Virus record (IMG/VR): IMGVR_UViG_3300009506_000012
Coordinates: 1 to 64,000 of that record
Length of the DNA stretch: 64,000 bases
Origin: a virus
Direction: 5' to 3' (one strand)
Positions within the stretch are counted from its first letter, which is position 1; each line of letters starts with the position of its first letter. The position numbers and the translations under genes were made by a program. Shown piece by piece: positions 1-7,226 of the stretch. A model generated the notes under the pieces. That model made no database searches. It was given only the letters and a program-made list of their open reading frames with translations, and was not told the origin of the DNA.

Positions 1-485
1 ATTCGGCACAGGTATTCATAGAAGAAGAACGGCTCACCATCATGCTCTTTACCGGTCCAATCCAAAACCATAGTCCTGTAATCTATCGGGAACGTAGGCA
101 CAAAACCAAACCAGGTCTTGACCCGTTCAGCTCCGGACTTGAACAGCATAGGCTTATCGATCCCATTCACTACGCCCCAGTCCAGACCATACACAAAGGC
201 ATTTTGAATGAAATCTACGATGTCTGTCCATACCTGGATTGCACCTTCGACACTGGCAAGAGGCCGTATCATTTCAGTGTTCTTGCCGGCAATTTCAATA
301 GCCGAATCAAGAACGTGCTTGGCTTCTTCAGCGGGAAGCAGTTCGCCTTCGACTTCTTCATCATCCATATCAGTTTCCTTGGGTTGGGTTTCAGTCTCTT
401 GTACTTCTTCAGCCTCTACAACTTCTTCAGCAGGCTTCTTTTCAGTTTCTTTTTCAGCAGGGGGGTTGGTTGTTTTCTTAGCCAT
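1..485 (-). CDS. Partial ORF (runs off left edge), possible single-strand annealing/recombination protein
   Basis: Not in ORF track; read manually from ATG at 485 with GGAG SD: MAKKTTNPPAEKK...DWGVVNGIDKPMLFKSGAERVKTWFG. Resembles the DYGxIPGxxKPxLxKxGAE segment common in phage proteins; function inferred. Confidence 0.6.
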   Translation of the reverse strand, partial: MAKKTTNPPAEKETEKKPAEEVVEAEEVQETETQPKETDMDDEEVEGELLPAEEAKHVLDSAIEIAGKNTEMIRPLASVEGAIQVWTDIVDFIQNAFVYGLDWGVVNGIDKPMLFKSGAERVKTWFGFVPTFPIDYRTMVLDWTGKEHDGEPFFFYEYLCR

Positions 486-502
486 AGTTACTCCATTTCA
501 GA

Positions 503-566
503 TGATAGTCGTGACATCAAAATGATATAGTCGTGATATCAAAATGATATGATGCACGTGATATCA
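503..566. repeat. 22-bp tandem repeat x2 plus partial third copy
   Basis: ATAGTCGTGAYATCAAAATGAT at 505-526 and 527-548; CGTGATATCA again near 557; TGAYAT recurs every 11 bp (512, 523, 534, 545). Confidence 0.85.
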
Positions 567-568
567 GT

Positions 569-597
569 ATTATATTACAGTGTGGTAGTAGTGTCAA
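569..597 (-). promoter_or_regulatory. Consensus sigma70-type promoter
   Basis: Minus strand TTGACA-17 bp-TATAAT. Confidence 0.85.
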
Positions 598-1211
598 AGC
601 AATTTGTCCTGGATGGCAATATTCATCGAGAAATCTTTTTGAGTGTAAATGTCATTGTCCCGAATGGGTATCTGAATAACAGGATCCCATAAAGGATCGG
701 GTTTCCTGTAATGTAATATTCTATTGTGTTTGTCTTTGTTGATTTTGCGCCAACATTCATCAGCTTCAGCCAGGGTTGTAACATTGTGCTTCTTCAGAAT
801 TTCAGCACATCCACAAGTACACTCAAGATTCAACACCGAAGGTCTACCCATGACAACATGATGATCACACAATACTACAGGTCTGTCATTGGCAATACAC
901 TTGATGCCTTCATATCCAAAACGGAATGGATGATCATCAGGCAAAGCCACATGTTCAGGATAAAACAAAGGTAAATCTGGATGAGGTGATCTGTAATCCC
1001 TAAGTGAGATAACTCGATACACATCATATCCAGTTTCCCAGTTTTGTTTTTTTGTCAGTTCACTCAGTGCTGATCCAGTAGATACCCAATAGGCACCATG
1101 TCTAAAGACAGGTGCCTTTATTTTTACTTTGGCCCATATTCTGGGATTTTCGTAAGAATGAGTACCGTACCATTTGGTATCACCAATATAAGGAGCAAAT
1201 TCATCCAGCAT
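594..1211 (-). CDS. Hypothetical protein
   Basis: 205-aa ORF packed in minus-strand operon. Confidence 0.65.
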   Translation of the reverse strand: MLDEFAPYIGDTKWYGTHSYENPRIWAKVKIKAPVFRHGAYWVSTGSALSELTKKQNWETGYDVYRVISLRDYRSPHPDLPLFYPEHVALPDDHPFRFGYEGIKCIANDRPVVLCDHHVVMGRPSVLNLECTCGCAEILKKHNVTTLAEADECWRKINKDKHNRILHYRKPDPLWDPVIQIPIRDNDIYTQKDFSMNIAIQDKLL

Positions 1212-1213
1212 AG

Positions 1214-2833
1214 TTAGTCCTTGGGTGCCATCAGTGCCTTCGCGTTACTTATAGGAATTTGATGGTCATAGTTGAAATACTTCAAAGCTATATCTACCGG
1301 ATAATTCATTTCGGTGATGATCTCGTCCACACTATTGACCCATTTCAGAATACGTGCAGCCTGAATGTTAAGTGCCTGGATTGCTTCAGGCATAAAGCGC
1401 ATATGCAGGTTGCCATTCTCATAGGCTTTGACCTGGAACACAATCTCATTCCAATTGCTATCATACCAATCCTGCCATTGTCCTCGTTTCCATTGTCGGT
1501 CCCTGGATCCAAGTCCATTCGTATTGAATCCAAGGTTCCCCATAACGGCGATGATATCTGAGACTATTTCATGTGCTCTATCTTTCAGGTTTCCTTGATC
1601 ATGATAATCAGAAGCGTGTCCACGGTAATAAGCACCACCCCAGCAGCTGACCACAATGCGGTAATCAAGTCTGTAATGTGTGTAGCCTTCATCTTTTCTG
1701 TTATAGCGCCAATTGTTTTTCTGCCATGTTTGCTGATTCGATTTGTACTTGAACACACTCTCAAATACAGACAGGTCATAGAACAATTCTACAATCTGAT
1801 CTTCGATGTACTGGTTGGCATTCTTGATAGCCCACAACACAACAGCATAAGCATTATTAGCAGTAAACTCGACTGTGTTTCTCCTGGTCAGTTTATCTAT
1901 CAGTTTTTTGGATGACGAAGTTGTCAATCGGGATGTAATTGCATCCAGTCTCTTAAACAGAATACCCCAGTATTTGATTTTCAAACCGGTTATTCTTTTC
2001 TTCAGGGCTGTGCAAACAGTGTCTTTATTTACTGCCAGTTCTCGAAGAACCTCGAAGTCCATCTTGAAGATTGCCTTATAGTTAGATTCCAACAAAGCAT
2101 ATTCTTCTCGATAGGCTTCAACCATTTCTGTGATGTTGGAATTCTTATGCTTCTTGGCAATTTCTGAACCAGTCGGCTCATCTTCAATCTCTTTAGGCTT
2201 TTGGAATGTGCCAATCATGTCATCAAACCAGATATCAAACGGATCCTTGATATCCTGTTTGACAGTCCTGTAAGAGTAACCCGCTACTCGTTCCGGGAAC
2301 CTGATCACCACGATGTCAACGATCGCACGTGATTTCCGGTCAGCCGCTAAGAAGTCATCACTATGGATGACTTCTGCGGTAGCACCTCGCTTCTTCAGCG
2401 CTCCATCGATCCACTTGGACTCTTTCCAACGCTGAGGAATAACCAGGTAAGCACGTCTTGCATAACCTTCAGAGATAATCTTTGCAGTCCACTCCTCATA
2501 ATCACTATATTTCGGATTAGAGAAAATGAAATCAACTGGAAGATGTGATAGATTTTGTTCCCAAAGGTCTGTCCCGATAGGAATGATATCCTTTGACTGT
2601 TGCTGTACCAGGATGGGTGACTTCTCAATACTGTACAGTTCAGCATGCTCACATTTCTCTTTAAGGAGTTCCAGCACACGCCCATCGCCGGCACCTATAT
2701 CCATGATAGAAGTAGCGTCATGAGCAATATGTCGTTTAACCACATTGATCATGTCAATTGTAGTTGGATACCATTCGAAATCCTGATCATTGTCTTTCAG
2801 TGCAGTAACCAAATCCATAGTTGTATTGGTCAT
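1214..2833 (-). CDS. Class I SAM-dependent amino-DNA methyltransferase-like protein (DUF4942-type)
   Basis: FEWYPT, motif I MDIGAGDG, YSIEKS, motif IV variant FSNPKY, C-terminal KAYENGNLHMRF typical of DUF4942 proteins. Confidence 0.8.
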   Translation of the reverse strand: MTNTTMDLVTALKDNDQDFEWYPTTIDMINVVKRHIAHDATSIMDIGAGDGRVLELLKEKCEHAELYSIEKSPILVQQQSKDIIPIGTDLWEQNLSHLPVDFIFSNPKYSDYEEWTAKIISEGYARRAYLVIPQRWKESKWIDGALKKRGATAEVIHSDDFLAADRKSRAIVDIVVIRFPERVAGYSYRTVKQDIKDPFDIWFDDMIGTFQKPKEIEDEPTGSEIAKKHKNSNITEMVEAYREEYALLESNYKAIFKMDFEVLRELAVNKDTVCTALKKRITGLKIKYWGILFKRLDAITSRLTTSSSKKLIDKLTRRNTVEFTANNAYAVVLWAIKNANQYIEDQIVELFYDLSVFESVFKYKSNQQTWQKNNWRYNRKDEGYTHYRLDYRIVVSCWGGAYYRGHASDYHDQGNLKDRAHEIVSDIIAVMGNLGFNTNGLGSRDRQWKRGQWQDWYDSNWNEIVFQVKAYENGNLHMRFMPEAIQALNIQAARILKWVNSVDEIITEMNYPVDIALKYFNYDHQIPISNAKALMAPKD

Positions 2834-3036
2834 TTAGCCTTTACAATTTTCAGTGTTCCGTTGGCTACATCTCCCAGCATTTTTGCAATCATCACAGTCT
2901 TGCAGAAGCGGTCCCCCTGCCGCTTCATGTGATCCGGAATAGTGTAGCCAAGATCTTTAGCAGTATCTGCCAGTTCTTCGAATCTTTCTTGATACTGGTC
3001 ATCAGGAATAGGAATAACTACATGTAAGCCGGCCAT
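2830..3036 (-). CDS. Hypothetical protein
   Basis: 68-aa ORF, 4-bp overlap with downstream gene. Confidence 0.6.
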   Translation of the reverse strand: MAGLHVVIPIPDDQYQERFEELADTAKDLGYTIPDHMKRQGDRFCKTVMIAKMLGDVANGTLKIVKAK

Positions 3037-3038
3037 GA

Positions 3039-3728
3039 TTATTCTAATTTTCTCATTGTATTGGTCAGTGTGAACATACTGGTTGTAGGGAAATGCTCAA
3101 GCATCAACTTGATACGATAAACATTTTGCCTGGCAACTTCAAGCGCACCGCTGGCCTGTTCGCGTTTCACTTTTGCATCATATACTGCTGCCATTTCTTC
3201 TGGATAATGCTCTTGCATCCAGGCATCTCGAAGCGTGTCATTACTACCAGGCATTTTGCCATCTTTCCCAACTACTTTTCCTTTGACGACTTGCAGCTCC
3301 TGTTCAACTTTCATTACCTCAAGACAGGCATTAGTGTAATCTTCATTACAAGAGATCAGTTCATCATAAACTGCCTTGATGGTTCGCCTGTCAATCCGTA
3401 TCTGTGTAGGTTCTGGAGGTATGGCTTTGTTGTAATCAAAATCAACAATATTGAAATCCTCTATATTACTGTCATCATATATGGCAGTTGTCCAATCACC
3501 ATAGTACATACCATCGTAATAGATGCAGTCACCTACAATCATCAATCGGCACATACCATCTTTATCTTCAATTTCAAATTTCAAATCAGTAGCATAGGTT
3601 CCCTGAAGATATTTCAATGGCCCAAACGCAGGACCAGTTTCTCCCCAATCATCCATATTTTCATCAGGATTTGTACGTCCATGAAACAGAAGTAAATATT
3701 GTTTTTCCATCTTATTTTCCTTTATCAA
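3039..3728 (-). CDS. Hypothetical protein with C-terminal coiled coil
   Basis: 229-aa ORF in operon. Confidence 0.65.
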   Translation of the reverse strand: MIKENKMEKQYLLLFHGRTNPDENMDDWGETGPAFGPLKYLQGTYATDLKFEIEDKDGMCRLMIVGDCIYYDGMYYGDWTTAIYDDSNIEDFNIVDFDYNKAIPPEPTQIRIDRRTIKAVYDELISCNEDYTNACLEVMKVEQELQVVKGKVVGKDGKMPGSNDTLRDAWMQEHYPEEMAAVYDAKVKREQASGALEVARQNVYRIKLMLEHFPTTSMFTLTNTMRKLE

Positions 3729-3912
3729 TTCTTTCTACAATTTCAAGAGTGATATCATCCCGGCCAAGAGGACCAGTCACCTTTGAGCGCCTGAAGGCTC
3801 TTGGGTCATTGTCTTTGACCATGTTTTCAGCCTCATCTGGATTATCAGCTGGTACTTCATACAGTGTTTCAGTGATACGTGTTTCAATTCTACGGACTAG
3901 ATAGGTTGGCAT
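3712..3912 (-). CDS. Hypothetical protein
   Basis: 66-aa ORF, AAGGA SD. Confidence 0.6.
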   Translation of the reverse strand: MPTYLVRRIETRITETLYEVPADNPDEAENMVKDNDPRAFRRSKVTGPLGRDDITLEIVERIDKGK

Positions 3913-4135
3913 GTGTGTGTCCTTCTTTCATCCGGATACGAGAAATTTCAATTGCATTTGGAAATTGCAAATCTATTTCACATGACGGACAAACTACTAC
4001 CAAAGTTTCGTATTCATCTAATGCCTGTTCAAGATAAGTAGCATCTAGTCCAATAGCAAAATGACAGTATCCGCATTCATAAACCTCCAGATGATACTTA
4101 TCGGTCTGTATTTCACCTAAAAAGTTTACGTTCAA
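3890..4135 (-). CDS. Zinc-ribbon protein
   Basis: CGYC...CPSC. Confidence 0.6.
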   Translation of the reverse strand: MNVNFLGEIQTDKYHLEVYECGYCHFAIGLDATYLEQALDEYETLVVVCPSCEIDLQFPNAIEISRIRMKEGHTHANLSSP

Positions 4136-4500
4136 TCTTCACCTTTCAATGACTTGACAGCATGCTCCATGGCCAACCAGTAACATTCCATCAACGCTTC
4201 AGACTTCATCATTTTCTCAGCCACATCTTCCAGCTCTAAATCCTGGCCACCATAACTATCGACCTCTGCCCTATCAATATAGGTCAGCGGGAATTCGGTT
4301 TCTGTTTCAGGATCTGAGAACTTCTGATACAGGTGAAAAATGATTTCTTCCAGTGCTTCACGTGTCAGTTTAGGACTGTTGTTGTGCCGTAGTGAACCGA
4401 TAATGGTCCTGAGAAACTCAGGATCTTCTTCGTCCCCCTCCCAAGTTGTTAACCAACTTGAGAGGGTGTCATCCAACCAGGCTCTTATTTCATCATTCAT
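4132..4500 (-). CDS. Hypothetical protein
   Basis: 122-aa acidic ORF with overlapping start/stop. Confidence 0.65.
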   Translation of the reverse strand: MNDEIRAWLDDTLSSWLTTWEGDEEDPEFLRTIIGSLRHNNSPKLTREALEEIIFHLYQKFSDPETETEFPLTYIDRAEVDSYGGQDLELEDVAEKMMKSEALMECYWLAMEHAVKSLKGED

Positions 4501-4757
4501 TTAGATTCTGTTTCCGCTTCAATATAAGGATAGATTTGCATTTCAGGAATGCCATGACGCCCGCCAATCCGGACAACACTATCCATGATGTCATGTAAAT
4601 CCTGATAGTCACCATCATTATCATGACCATCAAAATCTATACCCAAAACAGTAGATACCATATCGCAAACAGCACCTTCAAACTCGTCAATCTGTTCGAT
4701 CTGTTTGAGAGTCAGTTCTTCTTTAGCACATACATCTTCAACTTTAATCTTTGTCAT
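4497..4757 (-). CDS. Hypothetical protein
   Basis: 86-aa ORF, GGAG SD. Confidence 0.6.
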   Translation of the reverse strand: MTKIKVEDVCAKEELTLKQIEQIDEFEGAVCDMVSTVLGIDFDGHDNDGDYQDLHDIMDSVVRIGGRHGIPEMQIYPYIEAETESK

Positions 4758-4759
4758 GG

Positions 4760-5065
4760 TTACTCCGTGAAGGAACCACCAATCGTATTGGCATATTCTT
4801 CTACAGTGCCACTTTCAAAAAGACTCTCAAGCATCTGTAATAGATCATGGCTGACACTACCAAGCAGCTCGAGGTATTTCTGGTCATCCATTGTTCGTCC
4901 AATGCGTTCTTCAATCTTTTCTTTTGTCAGTGCGCCAAGAATTTCAGCAATTTCCTCATCCTCGTGTACAGGGTTATACAATTCGTGATATAGATCTTTG
5001 TAATGTTCACAAACAAAAGCACAAACTCTTTCAGCTTCAGGAGGATAGACTCTAGGATCAGGCAT
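4760..5065 (-). CDS. Hypothetical protein
   Basis: 101-aa ORF in operon. Confidence 0.6.
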   Translation of the reverse strand: MPDPRVYPPEAERVCAFVCEHYKDLYHELYNPVHEDEEIAEILGALTKEKIEERIGRTMDDQKYLELLGSVSHDLLQMLESLFESGTVEEYANTIGGSFTE

Positions 5066-5243
5066 CTTCTTCCTCGTCTATTTGTTCATAGGTTACACCT
5101 ACTGCGCCATCAGGATATCTACCTTTAGGGTAAATATTTTCAGCATCCAAATCCAATCCCTCTTTGCATGCTTCCCAGGCTTCATCAGCATCTTCCCCCC
5201 AACCTACTCCACAAATAACAAACTCAAAACATTTATTCGTCAT
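5058..5243 (-). CDS. Hypothetical protein
   Basis: 61-aa ORF in operon. Confidence 0.55.
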   Translation of the reverse strand: MTNKCFEFVICGVGWGEDADEAWEACKEGLDLDAENIYPKGRYPDGAVGVTYEQIDEEEDA

Positions 5244-5781
5244 TTTGTTTGGCCTTCACAACAGCATCATAGGGCTTCATGCCATCCTCGTACCAATCTT
5301 TGAAGTTGCAATCTGACAGATCGTGAATACTACATCCATATTTCGCCTGACAAATCCCATCCAACTTACTCATCCAGTCATCATAAGAAACGGTAGACGC
5401 TTTTGTTTTCTTTCCTGTAAATTTTGGACTAACATCATCCGGACGAGGATATTCACCATCTGATTCCTTGACCTGGCACCGGCAAAAGACACTCGTGTTA
5501 CGAGGTACCCGATAACTTTTTGGTCGGCCATTCTTGTCCTTTTCAGTTTTTGAAAATCTCTCAACAAAGGTTGTGATCTTGACCCCGTGTTCACCCTTTT
5601 GCACCTGCATCCCCTGTGCTTTCCAGCGCTTGTAGGTAAACCAGTCTACATAAGGTTGACATTCACAACCCCTAGCTTCAGCTGCATCCATCAATGTCTG
5701 AGCATTGAATTCAGAATAGCTTTCAAAAGTTGTAGCATCTTCAGCGGTCATAGGTTCCTGTGTAATTACCAAATCGCTCAT
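5233..5781 (-). CDS. ArdC-like N-terminal ssDNA-binding domain protein
   Basis: WFTYKRWKAQGMQVQKGEHGVKI...VFCRCQV fits the ArdC N-domain pattern W.T..QW...G..V.KGE.G..I...VF...Q. Confidence 0.7.
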   Translation of the reverse strand: MSDLVITQEPMTAEDATTFESYSEFNAQTLMDAAEARGCECQPYVDWFTYKRWKAQGMQVQKGEHGVKITTFVERFSKTEKDKNGRPKSYRVPRNTSVFCRCQVKESDGEYPRPDDVSPKFTGKKTKASTVSYDDWMSKLDGICQAKYGCSIHDLSDCNFKDWYEDGMKPYDAVVKAKQNDE

Positions 5782-5993
5782 CTTATATATCTCATTTGCA
5801 GTATCTTCTTGATGTTGTCTCGATGCAACATATTCATACCATCATCACCAGCTCGAGTATTACAACGATGTTCTCCTTTTCCGTTGCAAATAGCCAGCAT
5901 AATTTTCTCTTTGTTTTCAAGATGACGTGTTGCTACCCAGTGACGTTTCCCATATACATCCAGTACACGAGTGACTCGAGTTTCGTCTGTCAT
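5778..5993 (-). CDS. Hypothetical protein
   Basis: 71-aa ORF, GGAG SD. Confidence 0.6.
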   Translation of the reverse strand: MTDETRVTRVLDVYGKRHWVATRHLENKEKIMLAICNGKGEHRCNTRAGDDGMNMLHRDNIKKILQMRYIR

Positions 5994-6238
5994 TATTTAT
6001 CTCCATTTGATGAAGAAGTTTTGCAGATACATTGAACAGCTTGCTTCCCGGCTTTGACAATCACCAAGCCTGTATCCATACAGACCCGGCAATTGACAGC
6101 CAGTAAAACAGGTTGCTGCTCTACAACAGGCTTGAATTCCTTGATCTGAATCTTTACAGGAGTCCTTGAGAACAGTGGCATATCAGTAGGGTTATCAGAG
6201 AACATGTTGAATGTTTTATCCTTGTTTCTTTTTGCCAT
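5993..6238 (-). CDS. Small Cys-motif protein
   Basis: CRVCMDTG...QCIC. Confidence 0.6.
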   Translation of the reverse strand: MAKRNKDKTFNMFSDNPTDMPLFSRTPVKIQIKEFKPVVEQQPVLLAVNCRVCMDTGLVIVKAGKQAVQCICKTSSSNGDK

Positions 6239-6300
6239 CGCTACCCGATTTTTTTTCAGGGCTCTCGTTTTGATTTTTTTTCAGTTTCCGAAATTCCGAA

Positions 6301-6531
6301 TTATTTTTTAGACTCTGAATTTTCAGTGGTAATGTTTTCAAATGCAGTTTGTGCTTTTACAGCATCGTCAAGGCTGATCATGACACCTGGACTTGCTAAT
6401 TCAGCAGGAAATCCATCAGGAGGTGAAACTTTCGGTGGAACTGCAAAAATATTCCATTTCCAGCGTTTTTTTGTCAATTGTTCGAGAATTTCAGTTTCTT
6501 GATTGTATTCGTCACTTGTTACTTTAGCCAT
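6301..6531 (-). CDS. Hypothetical protein
   Basis: 76-aa ORF directly after replication protein. Confidence 0.55.
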   Translation of the reverse strand: MAKVTSDEYNQETEILEQLTKKRWKWNIFAVPPKVSPPDGFPAELASPGVMISLDDAVKAQTAFENITTENSESKK

Positions 6532-6532
6532 G

Positions 6533-6934
6533 TTATTTCTTTAGGGTTTTCAGTATTGCTTCCTCGATATTCAACCAGTTTTCGGCCTCTATGTGAAAAT
6601 TGACATTGTGCATAATGTGATTGGGTACTTTCGCAATAAAACCGAATTTGATCAGTTTCTTTCCAGCTCTCCATTGTTGTTTTCTGTCTAAGCCGGTATG
6701 CTCTTGAATTTGCGTTGACCGTTTATAGGTGTAATGCCTTCCTGGACTACCATGAACCCATCCAGTATCGAAGTCAAACCAACCTAAAATGTAACTCAGT
6801 AAGATCGCCGCTTTGAAATCTCCCTCACATATTTTTACGTAAATTGGCCTCAGTAGTACAAACCCATCACCAACTAGATATTTGATGTTTTGCAGCGTTT
6901 GTAGAGGTGGTGTTTGTGTCGATGTTTGTGTCAT
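6533..6934 (-). CDS. Winged-helix protein resembling phage replication-initiator N-terminal domain
   Basis: AAILLSYILGWF...YKRSTQIQEHTGLDRKQQWRAGKKLIKFGFI; adjacent iterons. Confidence 0.65.
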   Translation of the reverse strand: MTQTSTQTPPLQTLQNIKYLVGDGFVLLRPIYVKICEGDFKAAILLSYILGWFDFDTGWVHGSPGRHYTYKRSTQIQEHTGLDRKQQWRAGKKLIKFGFIAKVPNHIMHNVNFHIEAENWLNIEEAILKTLKK

Positions 6935-6950
6935 TTGCTTTCCTTCAGTG

Positions 6951-7024
6951 AGTGTGTTCCATTTTGGTACACACTGTCCATAGAGTCTGTTCCATTTTGG
7001 AACACTAGTGTTCCATTTTGGAAC
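6951..7024. repeat. Three palindromic iterons, candidate replication origin or operator
   Basis: TGTTCCATTTTGGWAC at 6955, 6988, 7009, followed by AT-rich 7029-7070. Confidence 0.75.
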
Positions 7025-7071
7025 TCCGTTAATTACATAGATACTACATAGCTACTAAAAGACATATATAC

Positions 7072-7089
7072 ACCGCTTCGCGGTTTTTT
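7072..7089 (+). terminator. Small hairpin plus T-tract
   Basis: ACCGC-TTC-GCGGT-TTTTT. Confidence 0.4.
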
Positions 7090-7118
7090 AGGTTACCATT
7101 TTACCATTTCCTTCCAGG

Positions 7119-7156
7119 AAAGAGTAAAGCCACGCTATTAACGTGGCCTACTCTTT
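7119..7156 (-). terminator. Intrinsic terminator-like hairpin, possibly bidirectional
   Basis: AAAGAGTA..GCCACG-loop-CGTGGC.TACTCTTT. Confidence 0.6.
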
Positions 7157-7197
7157 TTCGGGATGGGATTTTCACCCCCTAAGCAAGTGACGGTAAT

Positions 7198-7226
7198 AGT
7201 ATAGCACGTTTATTCTAGTGCGGCAA
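7198..7226 (-). promoter_or_regulatory. Extended -10 promoter
   Basis: Minus strand TTGCCG-17 bp-TATACT with TG extension. Confidence 0.55.

Noticed and set aside
42-530. Plus-strand ORFs of 162 and 105 aa
   Set aside because: Antisense shadows of the minus-strand gene starting at 485, which has an SD and promoter
503-566. Possible mini CRISPR array
   Set aside because: Repeats are directly adjacent with no unique spacers; no cas genes. The 6955-7024 repeats fail for the same reason (gaps of 17 and 5 bp)
7160-7190. FMN-riboswitch-like or tRNA-like GGGTGAAAATCCC
   Set aside because: Only a T-loop-like fragment; no other conserved helices or cloverleaf
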